A stretch of 64,000 nt of DNA. Source: Eledone cirrhosa (lineage: Eukaryota). Below are positions 27,456 through 42,038 of the stretch, in pieces. Position numbers and translations under genes: made by a program. Under the pieces are notes generated by a model that was not told where the DNA came from, ran no database searches, and worked only from the letters and a program-made list of their open reading frames with translations. The stretch lies in contig OZ024748.1 in the NCBI GenBank assembly GCA_964016885.1, positions 45,632,001 to 45,696,000 on the forward strand, read 5' to 3'. Each line of letters begins with the position of its first letter. The first letter of the stretch is position 1.

Positions 27456-28100
27456 AATTACATGAATCAAAGTTCTGTTTAAATCATTTATTTGCTTACA
27501 ATTGTTTCTTCCAAACCGAGGTTTGGAGTCTTCGGAGCAATTATTCAGTGATTTTTTACATACTTGACCTCCTTTTCAACACAAGAGACATATAGAAACA
27601 TATGTATATATTGACCCACAGTGGGTTGACATCCATCATAATAATACAGCATGGCAATTTACATACAAAGATTACAGTCATATTAAAGGACAAAATTAAA
27701 GTTAAAATTAAAATTAAAATTAAAATTAAAATTAAAATTAAAATAAAAATAATGCCAATGTTTTATTTTAATTTTAATTTTAATTTTAATTTTAATTTTA
27801 ACTTTAATTTTGTCCTTTAATATGACTGTAATCTTTGTATGTAAATTGCCATGCTGTATTATTATGATGGATGTCAACCCACTGTGGGTCAATATATACA
27901 TATGTTTCTATATGTCTCTTGTGTTGAAAAGGAGGTCAAGTATGTGAAAAATCACTGAATAATTGCTCCGAAGACCCCAAACCTCGGTTTGGAAGAAACA
28001 ATTGTAAGCAAATAAATGTTTTAAACAGAACTTTGATTCATGTAATTTCTATATAACTGCTCTGTAAAACAACTGATGTTGTTACATTGAGCTATTTATC
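27452..28100. mobile_element. Near-perfect ~300-bp-arm foldback with hammerheads on both strands
   Basis: 27452-27750 is the reverse complement of ~27757-28050; centre of (AAAATT)n/(AATTTT)n; tail on the right. Confidence 0.9.
27963..28011 (+). ncRNA. Minimal type-I hammerhead, C4 variant (mirror copy at 27492-27540 on -)
   Basis: ttgct-CCGAAGA-cc ccaaacc tc ggtttgg aa-GAAAC-AATT-GTA-agcaa. Confidence 0.75.
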
Positions 28101-28210
28101 TTACTGGTAATAAGATAGTAATAAATTACTGTCTTTCACTATTTAGGGTTTAAAATATATATAACTATAAATGGTTTTAGTATATACATAACCATAAATA
28201 GTATCCTTAA

Positions 28211-28279
<69 letters not shown>

Positions 28280-28650
28280 AGTGTTCGTGTGTGTGATCGA
28301 GTAATATTGAAAACGCTAGTGCGTTCCAGGATAATCATTTTAAAAAGGTCTTTTTGTATTTCCAAATTAGAATTTTATGTTTAGTTTAACACCTTAGAGT
28401 CTCTTCACTAGTTCTTCTTCCGAATTAGTTGCTACAGTTGCCACTGATTGGTCAGGTGTTTAGTGGTCGTAATGTATCGTGGGAGTACTAGTGGATTGTA
28501 GAAACCTGATTTAAAATTTCTCAACAGTTGAGGAATGGTTTCTTGTATGCTATATCTCTGGGTTAATTTCTGGTTTAGAATCTACCATTAGTAGTGACTA
28601 GTCAGTTGTTTTCAATGTAACATGTCTGTAAGAAAAACCGTTCCTTACTC

Positions 28651-28676
<26 letters not shown>

Positions 28677-28682
<6 letters not shown>

Positions 28683-29105
28683 TATTCAAAATATTAATAA
28701 ATGAAAAATATACTCATAATCAAAATATATATTTTATTATACATATTTCAAAGGTACAATGCTGTTTAATAATGTTTTCATCAGATAAAATATATAAGAT
28801 TGGATATGCGACATCCCGCTACGGTTTTGATTATTCAATTCCAACTATTGAAATTGAATTATCAAAACCGTAGTGGTATGTCGCATATCCAATCTTATAT
28901 ATTTTATCTGAGGAAAACGGACTTAAACACCATTGTACCTTTGAAATATGTATAATAAAATATATATTTTGATTATGAGAATATTTTTCATTTATTAATA
29001 TTTTGAATAATATTAAATACTCCAGGAAAATTACTGTCGAGTGCTTCTAATCTATTGTAAAATTGTATTCGTTGAATAATCAACGAACCATATAAATCTT
29101 TTGTT
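28677..29105. mobile_element. Foldback element with hammerheads (related copy at 30045-30255)
   Basis: Arms ~28677-28838 and ~28856-29013; tail on the right. Confidence 0.85.
28900..28962 (+). ncRNA. Type-I hammerhead motif (mirror copy ~28731-28792 on -)
   Basis: tattttat-CTGAGGA-aaa...ttt-GAAA-t atgt a-TA-ataaaata; perfect 8-bp or longer stem I. Confidence 0.7.
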
Positions 29106-29339
29106 ATATATTTATATATATATATATATATATATATAACAAAGGAATTGTGGTAAGGAACCAGATGGACCATAACGCACCAGAGTACTCAATACTTAGG
29201 GTAGTAGAGTGGGAAATAGGAAAAAGGTAATACCCCGACGGCAGAGCTCAAGCCGTTTCGACGGCTATTTCTGGACAGAAATAGCCATCGAAAGAGCCGT
29301 CGAAACGGCTTGAGCTCTGCCGTCGGGGTCATGCTTTTT

Positions 29340-29434
<95 letters not shown>

Positions 29435-29436
<2 letters not shown>

Positions 29437-29775
29437 GAGAAAACACAGGTAAGCATTAAGAGAAGGATTTTATCCAGGTATTTACGACCGTTTCATTGGT
29501 AAGTGCAACCTTATATTGCTATACTGCAAATAGCAGCCACTCAATTATAATTGTTGTTCACAGTCCAAATTTTCAAAATAGTAAGTTACTCTTGAAATAA
29601 TTCTTAATATATAGAGAAAAACATTTATTTGGAATTGTATTTACCAGTATATAGAGAGAGGAATCAGGAGGTGAGGGGACAGACGGAATAGTATAGAGTG
29701 AGAGGAAGGGGGAAGAGGTAGGAAGTAGAATGACAAACTGAGATGGAGGGAGAGGGTAGAGGTGGAAGGTTTTCT

Positions 29776-29780
<5 letters not shown>
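29435..29780 (-). mobile_element. Solo pLTR-like fragment of the Penelope-like family at 49625-51935
   Basis: Closely matches 49770-50125. Confidence 0.8.
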
Positions 29781-29849
<69 letters not shown>

Positions 29850-29852
<3 letters not shown>

Positions 29853-30045
29853 AGTCTTAGATTCTTCCGCGCCGTTCGGCGCATCGAGCAGTAAGTACTC
29901 GCCAACGGTCACTATCAGAGGCAACATTTTCGAGACCGTGCAAGGTGATGTTGGCTGCCATCAGGTCCTTCCGGAACGTTCGTCGCCAGGTGATGCTTGG
30001 GCAACCCCGCCTCCGTTTATCGCCAGGCGGGGTCCAGTTCATCGC
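29850..30045 (-). mobile_element. RTE-clade LINE 3' fragment
   Basis: WTPPGDKRRRGCPSITWRRTFRKDL...RWRVLTARC. Confidence 0.75.
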
Positions 30046-30289
30046 TGATTAATATGGTTCGTTGATTATTCAACGAATACAATTTTACAATTTTACACTA
30101 CTGGAATTGAATAATCAAAACCGAAGCGGTATGTCGCATATCAAATCTTATATTTTATCTGATGAAAACGTACTTAAACACCATTGTACCTTTGATATAT
30201 GTATAATAAAATATATATTTTGATTATGAGAATATTTTTCATTTATTAATATTTTATTATTATTACTATATATATATAGAAATATATAT

Positions 30290-30620
30290 ATAGTAATAAT
30301 AATAAATTTCAAGACTAATATCCAAAGAGGGCTCGATAAGGATAAATATATATCAAATATATAAGAACCGTAGAGCAAATATTTATTAAAATAACAGATT
30401 AAAGTTTAAGCAAATAATCGCTGCTTTCACCCTTAACGGCATCTACTAGACTTTGTTAGTTTCAGAAGATCCCGTTAAGGGTGAAAGCAGCGATTCTTTG
30501 CTTAAACTTTAATTTGTTATTTTAATAAATATTTGCTCTACGGTTCTTATATATTTGATATATATTTATCCTTATCGAGCCCTCTTTGGATTTTAGTCTT
30601 GAAATTTATTATTATTACTA
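30290..30620. mobile_element. Symmetric foldback element (single arm repeated at 30915-31070)
   Basis: 30290-30440 is mirrored by ~30470-30620; degenerate cagaaga-tccc gttaa gggt-gaaa motif. Confidence 0.85.
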
Positions 30621-30733
30621 TATATATATATATATATATATCCCGGGTTCAATCGGGGGTAACCACAGTAAGTAAGTGGTAAGTAAGTAAGACACTCAAT
30701 ACATAGCAGAGTATAAATATTTAATATAGAGAC

Positions 30734-30782
30734 GGCTTCTACAGGAAGAACTGTCTCATTCGGAAGAAATCATCAGGAAGCC
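30734..30782 (-). ncRNA. Type-I hammerhead (GAGA in place of GAAA) in foldback 30642-30828
   Basis: ggcttc-CTGATGA-tttcttccgaat-GAGA-cag ttcttc ctg-TA-gaagcc. Confidence 0.7.
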
Positions 30783-30821
30783 CTTCCTGACGATTTCTCC
30801 CGAATGAAGCCATTTCTATAT

Positions 30822-30909
<88 letters not shown>

Positions 30910-31623
30910 ATATATAGTAATAATAATAAACTTGAAGACTAAAATCCAAAGAGGGCTCGATAAGGCTCGATATATCAAATATATAACAACCCTAGAGCCA
31001 ATATTTATTAAAATAACACATTAAAGTTTAAGCAAAGAATCGCTGCGTTCATCCTTAACGGGATCCCCTGAATCTAAAAAAAAATCAATCTGTGAACGCA
31101 GAAGTAAATATTTCGAAAAACGTTGCAGCCGTAGGAAAACAAGAAGACGATACTTTGGTTCGTGGAAACGTTCCCTGGCAATGAACGGAAAAAGCGAAAA
31201 TAATACATCATTATGTGGAGCGGTGAGAACAATTAAATATATACATGCACGCATCAATATACGTATATCCACATCGATACGCGAAAACACTCGCCATGGG
31301 TATGCATATACAAGCACGTACACAAAAACACGCGCACACATACAAAAACGCGCGAAACACCTGTACCCGCACACATACGAACGTATACACCAACTCACAT
31401 AAAACATATATAAAACAAAATTATATATATGTGTGTGTGTGTGTGCGTATACATATAATTATATAAACGTATATAAATATACACACATAAATACGTATAT
31501 AATGCGCGCACGCACATACCTATAAGTAAATAAACATATGTTCGCTAAACGTACGTCAACCAAAACACAAAGTACACATATACACACCCTACATACGTGC
31601 AAACCCGCACATATATATATATA

Positions 31624-32450
31624 TATTCATTAGTTAAGTAAAACAAGACCACAAATTTCACAAGGAACACATTATTAAAAGATTGTCAACATACTTTAGT
31701 TTGATGTAAGGAATGTAGAGAATAATAATAATAATAATAAAAATAATAATAATGTCCGTTTACAATTGTTTCGCTACTCCATATAATATTTCTGGATCAA
31801 ATGACTATATATGGAACATTACATTATGTAACATTCTCTCCTTACCTTAATTTATATTCCTTTGAAGTTCCGATGAGCCGCTCTGTTTTTAAATATGTTA
31901 ATTATTTTCAACTGAACCAGATCAATAATGATATATAGTCATTTGATCCAGAAATATTATATGGAGTAGCGAAACAATTGTAAACGGACATTATTATTAT
32001 TCTCGGTGGATTGGCAGTATCGGTAGAGGGTCGGACGCCATGCTTTCCAGCATAGTTACGTCCCTTTACGATCTGATTTCAAATCCCGCCGAGGTTGACT
32101 TTGCCTTTCATCCTTACGGGGTCGATAAAATAAAGTACCAGTAATGCACTGGGTAATTGCTGGCCTTGTGCCTAAAGTAGAAACAATTATTATTCTCTAC
32201 ATTCCTTACATCAAACTAAAATATATTGACAATCTTTTAATAATGTCTTCCTTGTGAAATGTGTGGTCTTGTTTTGCTTAACTAATGAATATTTCCAGCT
32301 CTGCGCGCCTAACTTCTGCATGAACCCAGCCACCTAGCTGCTTTCTACTGCATATTGCACATTGAGCACATGCCTTTACGCTTTGGCTTCTAACTAATTC
32401 ACCAATCTCTCCTCTCCTATATCCTCTCCTATCTCCATCTCTCTTTAAGA
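31624..32450. mobile_element. Foldback element with a long-stem-II hammerhead (31867-31985) and a SINE inserted in the right arm
   Basis: gtt-CCGATGA-gccgctctgt...atggagtagc-GAAAC-AATT-GTA-aac; SINE 32005-32185 with TSD attattattctc. Confidence 0.85.
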
Positions 32451-32466
32451 TTGGTTACTCTTGAAC

Positions 32467-32554
<88 letters not shown>

Positions 32555-32557
<3 letters not shown>

Positions 32558-32850
32558 CTGCCATGTCCCGCGTCTCCAACAGACCAGTGTCTGTCCTTAG
32601 GGCATCAACATACGTTAACCTTGGTCTTCCTATTCCAGTTTGTCCATGTAGGAGCTCCCAGAGGAGCACTGAGTGCAGTGTCAACTCTGGATGCGGTGAG
32701 CATGTCCAGCTAACATCAGTCTCCTCTGTGTCACTTTTGAGCTGACTTTTGGGAGGCTCCCATGCAGCTCTGAGATTTTCATCCTCAGTGTATACTGATT
32801 AATGTTCAGAGCCATCCTCAGCATTCTCGTGTAGCACCCATCCACCATCC
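32555..32850 (-). mobile_element. RTE-clade LINE fragment
   Basis: [28 protein letters not shown]; upstream DGCYTRMLRMALNI. Confidence 0.75.
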
Positions 32851-32851
32851 A

Positions 32852-33200
32852 CATATATGTGTCTGATGGTAGCTAACATGCTTCCATAGGCGGTGTGCCG
32901 GATGAGCACTCTATGCCCTTACAGAGCAGAGTAAGATATAATATAAAACGAAAAATCAGTGGTGCATCTGAACTCAATTTATTGTGTGTTACAATTGTTT
33001 CGCCCGCGGATAGCTCGAGACGCGATCATTGTGTGGATCTGTCTGATTCTGGAGCTCCAGGTTCGAAGGACACGCCTAATGGTTTCGGAGCATATTCTCT
33101 CACTCAGTGATCGCGTCTCGAGCTGTCCGCCGGCGAAACAATTCTAACACACAATAAATTGAGTTCAGATGCATCACTGATTTTTCGTTTTATATTATAT
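32852..33200. mobile_element. Foldback element (3' half of a hammerhead, GAAACAATTGTA)
   Basis: Arms ~32938-33028 and ~33108-33198; tail on the left. Confidence 0.8.
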
Positions 33201-33218
33201 ATATATATATATATATAA

Positions 33219-33267
<49 letters not shown>

Positions 33268-33484
33268 TTATATATATATATATGTATAGGAAAAAGTATG
33301 ACCCCGACGGCAGAGCTCAAGCCGTTTCGACGGCTATTTCTGAGTCCAGAAATAGCCGTCAAAACGGCTTGAGCTCTGCCGTCGGGGTCACACTTTTTCC
33401 TATTTCCCACTCTACTACCCTAAGTATTGAGTACCCTGGTGCGTTATGGTCCATCTGTTTCCTTACCACAATTCCTTTGTTATA

Positions 33485-34137
<653 letters not shown>

Positions 34138-34140
34138 TTA

Positions 34141-34796
34141 TAGATTACATACACTGGTGGTTTTTCCCTGTTTGACTGATAACGCACTATCTCTCTCTCT
34201 GGTGTGTTATCTTTTCAACATATTGTATTATAAAGGGCTCGGGATTCCTTCTCCAATGAGCACATTAATGACAGGGAATAGCGAGAGTTTATGGTTCCGT
34301 TAAGTTATCGTAATATTTCGCTCCTTATAACAGCCTCTCCTCTCTCTCTCTGTTTGGTTGAGTACTTCTCCGAGCGGTTTGTGCTGCCCTTTCTAGCAGC
34401 TCGTCCCTCAGAGTCATCTGGTTACTACCCTAGGCACGCTGTGAATTCTCTCTCCCACGTGTGCTGGACGGTCGCTCTAGATTCTTTTAGTGTTGTCTGA
34501 AATGTATAGCCTTACACACGCTGATGAACCACAGGCTAATCATTTCTGTCAACAAATTAGTTGGTGAAACATCCTGTTGGATTTGTACGTGTGTGTTAGA
34601 TAGTTATCAAGGTACGTATTTGCACTGTGATTTATACTTTTAATTATTGTGTGTTTACTTTTCCTTCCATGGGCGATAGATTCCATACACTGGTGGTTTT
34701 TCCCTGTTTGACTGATAACGCACTATCTCTCTCTCTCTCTCTGGTGTGTTATCATTTCTACATATTGTATTATGAAGGGCTCGGGATTCCTTCTCC
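34141..34796 (+). mobile_element. Retrozyme/pLTR-like partial tandem (period ~536) with a canonical hammerhead
   Basis: Direct repeats at 34141-34254 and 34677-34796; no coding capacity. Confidence 0.75.
34514..34594 (+). ncRNA. Canonical type-I hammerhead ribozyme
   Basis: acacacg-CTGATGA-acca...tggt-GAAA-ca tcc tgtt gga tt tg-TA-cgtgtgt; all three stems pair. Confidence 0.85.
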
Positions 34797-34803
34797 TTTG
34801 AGC

Positions 34804-35458
34804 AAATTATTTTTTAATTTATTTAAAGGATTGTTTAATGTTTGTTTGTTCTGCTCATCAATTTTTATAGTTCTGGTATCTCTAATTAGTACCATATAAC
34901 AACAATTATATTATAGACACCCTATATATCTCAATGTGTACTTAGTACTCAGTGAGATATTTACCTCATTTTTATATATTCTCCAATCTATGTAGAGAAA
35001 AAAATTCGTTGTTGCTTCCTGCTATTTTTTTAGCAGCCAAGCCATCAACAAGTCTGTAATATTCCCGCTTGCTCTCGTGGCCAGGTCACGTATGGGTCAC
35101 TTTAACGGCTATAACTCATACGAGCTGGTAGTTAGCATTATATTTGCGGACCATGGGACATATGTCCTATAGAAAGGAAATAGCTATCTGATGAAACCTA
35201 CTTTCCGTTGGAAATTCTCTGAATTTCCAATCTTTTGTGGATGGAAACCGCCGGTAACAGCATTATGAACTGGTAGATATTTAAATTATTTTTTAATTTA
35301 TTTAAAGGATTGTTTAATGTTTGTTTGTTCTGCTCATCAATTTTTATAGTTCTGGTATCTCTAATTAGTACCATAGAACAACAATTATATTGTAGACACC
35401 CTATATGTCTCTATGTGTACTTAGTACTCAATGAGATATTTACCTCATTTTTATATAT
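34804..35458 (+). mobile_element. Second retrozyme/pLTR-like partial tandem (period ~479)
   Basis: Direct repeats at 34804-34979 and 35283-35458. Confidence 0.75.
35183..35261 (+). ncRNA. Type-I hammerhead ribozyme
   Basis: gctat-CTGATGA-[...ttggaaattc tct gaatttccaa...]-GAAA-cc gcc gg-TA-acagc (one mismatch in stem I). Confidence 0.75.
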
Positions 35459-35498
35459 ATGTATGTAAATATATATATATGTATATATATGTATATAT

Positions 35499-35578
<80 letters not shown>

Positions 35579-36303
35579 CAGAAACCCAATTTCGGAGTAT
35601 TCCATCTTCCACGAAGGGTCCGGGTAAATATTTCAATCATATCTCATTTTATTTGCCCCGTTTAGTTTGTTCGCTTTTTTGGCTATGGTGGTTAATGGCT
35701 TCTTAACCATCGTCTCAGCGTGTATGACCATCTTAACTTATGTTTATAGCTCTGGTATCTTCTTCAGATCCAGGGAGCGCTTGTCAGCACAACATGGAAG
35801 TTGCGTTTCGCTAATTTCTACCCGCCGAAATGCGATTCTCGCTAAATTTTATATATATATAAATATATAAGTAGAAGGGATATTTAATTTGTTGGAAATA
35901 CAACAAATATTTATAACTGATTCAGAGCACTCGACAGATTAATGGAGTTAATATTTGACACAACCAAGGATAATATACCTTAACGGTTCAAGTTATCCCT
36001 GGAAATAATAAAATATAATTGAATAAATATGGTTTGATAAATATAGTTTCCATTTAATATCATTGTATATATATATACATATGTATATAATTTGGATTTA
36101 GGTTCAGGCATAGCTGTATACAGATATGTATAGAAATTTCGTATTTCTAAAGAAACACGGTATGTTTACAGGTAAACTAAACATTTAGAAAGCCGTAGCT
36201 ATGCAAAAAACACTGGGGCTAACGCTCTCTGGTGGTTTCCAGCAGAAGCAAGGGGGACAATCGTCGATGAACATATATGTATATATATATATATATATAT
36301 TTA

Positions 36304-36515
36304 TAGAAGTGGTTACACAACAGTTAGTTCACCATACCGAGAACAATTGCTTCTCCTTAGCGGATCCTCAAATAGTAATTTACGAGCTGAGGATCCACTA
36401 AGGTGAAACAATTGTTCTCGGTATGGTGAACTAACTGTTGTGTAACCACTTCTACCTAACTCGTCCCATGGAGTGAGTGCTCTACCACTACGGATATTAC
36501 CTTCCAGTGTTCTAC

Positions 36516-36520
<5 letters not shown>
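36304..36520. mobile_element. Miniature foldback of the 16420-17510 Penelope-like family, with an intact minimal hammerhead (36383-36420)
   Basis: cgag-CTGAGGA-tcc actaa ggt-GAAAC-AATT-GTT-ctcg; same two termini as the larger copy. Confidence 0.85.
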
Positions 36521-36549
<29 letters not shown>

Positions 36550-36928
36550 AGGGAGTGTAGCTTGGAGTTACTGTAGGTTCACCCGGGTGAGCACTCGATG
36601 TTTAGGTTCACTTCAGTGTCGAGGTGTAGAGCTAGACAGAGTGTATTGTAGTGAAAAGATAACAAGGACGATTGGTTACTCCTTCATTACATTTATTGGT
36701 TGGTGACGCGCGTTTCGCCACTGATCAGCTCAAGGTTCGATCTGTATCGATATATATAAATATATGAGAAAATTCATCGCTAGAACAGTCACAATGGGAG
36801 TGACAGGCAGATGAAATATAGAAAAGGTTGAAAAAAGAGGAGCTCAGGGAGTAGTGAGCTGACGCACAGATGTGATGAGTTCTTGCTGTTTTTTGTACAG
36901 ACGTGTTTATAACCACTTCTACTTTTGC

Positions 36929-37240
36929 GATGCAGGAAAATATCGAACAATGGTACGCGATTAATCTTTGTGTGAAACTCAATAAATCTGCTGCCGAAAT
37001 ATTTAATTTTTTAACACAAACTTATGGGGACGCCATTCTGTCGAAAAGTGAGGTTTTTTTTTTAAGTAACACAAAATTTCAAAGTAGGCCGAGAACAAGT
37101 TGCACGTTAACAAATGAACAAATTGTGGAAGAGCTGAGGGCGAAAGATCGCCGGTTATGTTTTAGGTTGATGGCAGAATAAACGGGCTGGGATAAAAATG
37201 CAGTTCAGAGGATTTTAAAAGGCAAAAAATATGTGCAAAC
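36929..37240 (+). pseudogene. Decayed mariner transposase N-terminus (HTH)
   Basis: MQENIEQWYAINLCVKLNKSAAEIFNFLTQTYGDAILSKSEVF...RP...DRRL...AE; stop codon and deletions. Confidence 0.7.
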
Positions 37241-37962
37241 ACTTGTCTGTCGATGAAATAAAGTACCAGTAATGAACTGGGGTCGTTTTAATCATGTTTC
37301 CCTTTTCCCCAAACTGTTGACTCTGTGGGTAAATCACACCATTCTTATTCTTATAATTGTTTCTACATTTGGCACAAGGCCAGCAATTATTCCCGTGTAT
37401 TACTGGTACTTTATTTTATCGACCCCATAAGGATGAAATGAAAAGTTAACCTCCGCGGGATTTGAACTCAGAATGGCAAGGGCCGTAACTCTATGCGTCA
37501 AAGCATGGCGTCCGACCCTCTACCGATACTGCCAATCCATGCCTTATTCTTATTCTTATAATTTCTTCTACTTTTGGCACAAGGCCAGCAATCACCCAGT
37601 GTATTACTGGTACTTTATTTTATCGACCCCGTAAGGATGAAAGGCAAAGTTAACCTCGGCGGGATTTGAACTCAGATCATAAAGGGAGGTAACTCTATGC
37701 TTCAAAGCATGGCATCCAACCCTTACCGATACTGCCAATCCACCGCCCTTATTCTTATAATAGTGGTGAATTGGTTGCGTGTCTGACATAGTTTGCATCA
37801 TATAGTTACGTCCCTTTATGCCCTGAGTTCAAATCCCACCGAGGATAGCTTTGTATTTCATCCTTGCGGCGGTCGATAAAGTAAAATACAAGTAACGCAC
37901 TGGGATGAGGGGGGGGGGGGGGGGCGATTTAATCGACTCTCCCCTCCCCACAATTGTTATCA

Positions 37963-38436
<474 letters not shown>

Positions 38437-39648
38437 ATTTAGGAAGAAAGCAGGGGAAAGTCGAATGAATCAACCTCAGTACTCATCCAGTCCTTTATTG
38501 TCATCAACCACAGGAAGATGAAAAGCGAAGATTACCTGGGAGTGATTTGAACTCACAATGTAAAGTCTCGGAATAATTAATATATAGAATCGTTGTGAAT
38601 AGCTCTAACGATTCTGACAATCCAGCGCCCTCTATCAATTCAATACCACTGCACCAAAGTCCAGTAACTCGCGTGGGAGACGTAGGGACGCCGTTCTGAG
38701 ATACGGGATTTTTAGGAAATTCTTTAAAATCTGGTGGAGTCCATCACCTCTCTAGCTCTGAAAACAGCTGATTTCTTCTAGAAAATGAGAGAGAGAGGGG
38801 GGGGGGTGGAAGAAAGAGAGAGAGAAGGGGGATATTGGGGCAAAGAGAGAGAGAGAGAAAGAGAAGAAAAGTGAAAGAGAGAGGAAGAGAGAGCGATAAG
38901 AAAACAGAAAGGTAGAGAGAGAGAGAGAGAGAGAGAAGAAAAGAGAGGGGTGGGGGGAGATAGGCAAAGAGAGGGAGAGAGGAAAAGAGAGAATAGAAGA
39001 GACAGAACGGAAGTTAGAAAGAGATATAGAGGAAGAACCGACCTCGGTGAATTGGCAGTATCGGTAGAGGGTCGGACATGCTTTCCAGCATAGTTACGTC
39101 CCTTTACGATCTGAGTTCAAATCCTGCCGAGGTTAACTTTGCCTTTCATCCTTACGGGGTGGATAAAACAAAGTACCAGTAATGTACTGGGTAATTGCTG
39201 GCCTTGTGCCTCAAATAGAAACAAGTATTAGACTGGTATATTATTTTTTATCAACCTCGAATAGATAAAAAGTAAAATTGACCTCCGGGGCGGGATTTGA
39301 ACTCAGATTAGAGAGCAGAGTGTTACACCGAATACTATATAGCATTCTATCCAACGTTTCTAACGAATCAGCCCATTCCCCGCCTCATTCCAAAACACGC
39401 TGATGTTAATATTGGACGTGTCACTATATTTGAATAAAGGATCTATTTCTATAAAACAGTTGTTGGGATAAATAAATACGTACAATAAAGACATAAATAC
39501 CAGGACTAAAATTATCTAAAAATAAATATTCATCAAGAATAGGAATATAATAATTTTTTTTTTTATTATATGAAGAGTTTTATTAAATAATATTGTAGTA
39601 TGTAAATAATGGATATTATAATGGCTTTATTGGAACATTTCTACAGTA

Positions 39649-39766
<118 letters not shown>

Positions 39767-40216
39767 TATTTGTGTAAATATATATATGTACGTATATATA
39801 TATATATGTATATATATATATGTATACGTACATATGTGCTTCCAATCTACTGTAAAACTCATTCTTTGACATAATCATTGAATATCGTTTAGCACGTTAA
39901 TATACGTACATGTAAATATATATATATATACATATAAGCATACGTGTATATATATATATATTTACATGTAGATGTAGGTATATATATATGTGCCTGTGTG
40001 TATCTGTATATATATATATATACAGAGAGAGATGGGGGGGGGGGGGTGTATGTATGGGTGGGTCTTTAGTTGCAGGAATTACAGCAATATTTCGTCATAT
40101 TTTTGTTTGTTCAACATTCGATGTTCAATTGTGGAGAATTATTTGTTGAGTTAGAATGGAAGCAGAATGTAAATATCAGTTTTTAGATTATGGACAATAA
40201 ACGGCAGCGTCTCTAA

Positions 40217-40273
<57 letters not shown>

Positions 40274-40317
40274 AAAAGAAACCAAAGAACGCTTACATAC
40301 TCAGACAGTTTTTATTT

Positions 40318-40363
40318 GCTTACAATGTTTCATCCATACCGTTTGGAAAGGAATCCTCAGAGC
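40318..40363 (-). ncRNA. Minimal type-I hammerhead motif
   Basis: Minus strand reads gct-CTGAGGA-ttcc...ggat-GAAAC-ATT-GTA-agc; near the end of a (TA)n-abutting element. Confidence 0.7.
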
Positions 40364-41109
40364 TTAATAAACACAGTGCTGAGTATAAGCTCTACCAAGC
40401 TTAGTCACACGAACAATCGGACTACAATAGAGGGTAAAGATAGTGAGATCGGAGATGGCGAACAAGGAGTGATTACATGTTGGGGTTATTATGCTCCACA
40501 GCCAAATGCTAGTGCACAAGCAGATCTCACAAGATGCAGATACAATTGATGGCGCACAAAAGCAAAAAATACAAACAATGGTTAAAACAAAAAAACAAAA
40601 ATAAAATAATATAATAATAATAAAAAAATAAAAAAAATAAAAGGAAAACAATATAAAGCGGTAAAACATTTTTTTTTAATTTTAAAAAGAAATGAAAACA
40701 GAACGAAGAAAAAAGAAAGAGTTTTAAGCACATACAAAAACCAGAGGAATTTAAGCGCTGGTCCCTAATATAACGAGTGAAGAGGATCTCCGTAACTTAT
40801 AGTTATATAAGCACTAAGAGGTTCTTAGGGTACATCCAGAAAGACCACAGTAATCAAAATCCTCGCCATGGTATACATATACAAGGTATACTGGTAGGTA
40901 TCTGAATTGCGTAGCCCATGGTGCTCCACAAGTATATAGACAGGTATCACAAAAATGCAAGCCATACACAAGCAAAATATGCTTATGACAGGATAGAGCT
41001 GAGTATAACAAGTATATATATACCTGTCTATACACTTGTGGAGCAGCGAACCTTCAACCGTCAAGGTTGTTTTTCTAAGGGTATGTCAACATTTATAAAA
41101 CGTATTTTG

Positions 41110-41174
41110 TATTTTATCTGATGAAAGCGCACCAAAATTGCCTTGGTTACCCTTGAAATATATATAATAAAATA
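41110..41174 (+). ncRNA. Type-I hammerhead motif
   Basis: tattttat-CTGATGA-aag..accaa..ttggt..ctt-GAAA-t atat a-TA-ataaaata. Confidence 0.75.
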
Positions 41175-42038
41175 ATTATGGTTTTATAAATATAGTTTCC
41201 ATTTATTAATATATTGTAATATATAATATATATATACATACATTTATACATATATACATACATATACATACATATATACATCTCTCTCTATATATATATA
41301 TTTATATATATATATATATTTATAAACACACGCATACATACATAGATAAATACATACATACACACATACACATATACATAAATAAACACACATACATATA
41401 CCCCCCCCCCCACATATATATATATGTCTATTCTTTGAATAAAAATAATTAAAGTTATCATATAATTGTTTCTACTTTCGTCACAAGGCCAGCAATTACC
41501 CAGTGCATTACTGGTACTTTATTTTATCAACCCCGTAAGGATGAAAGGCAAAGTCAACCTCGGCGGGATTTGAACTCAGATCGTAAAGGGACGTAACTAT
41601 GCTGGAAAGCATGGCGTCCGACTCTCTACCGATACTGCCAATCAAAATGACATTAAGTTATATATATCTTACGTAAGTTTCGCTAACAATAATGCAAGCC
41701 GAGTGATAGCTATACATAGATTTATGTTTTGCTTTTGACAACGATACAGTAGTTATTCTATTGCTATAGTACTTTAGTGGTTATGTAATATTTCTTCCCA
41801 CACTCCAGCTATTTCTGAGATTCAATACACATTAAATTCTGTCCCTTAAAATAGTGCACAAATTATTGGATCGTCACGTATGAAACTTGTAGAAATTTGT
41901 TTTGTTTCTACCAATTTTTACAAATTACTTACTTGACGACCCAATATATTCCTTAATATAGTGGATCGACCAAAAAAGATTGATAAGATAAATACAAAAC
42001 TTGAAAAAATATATTAGAGTCAAGGCAGTACTCTAGAA

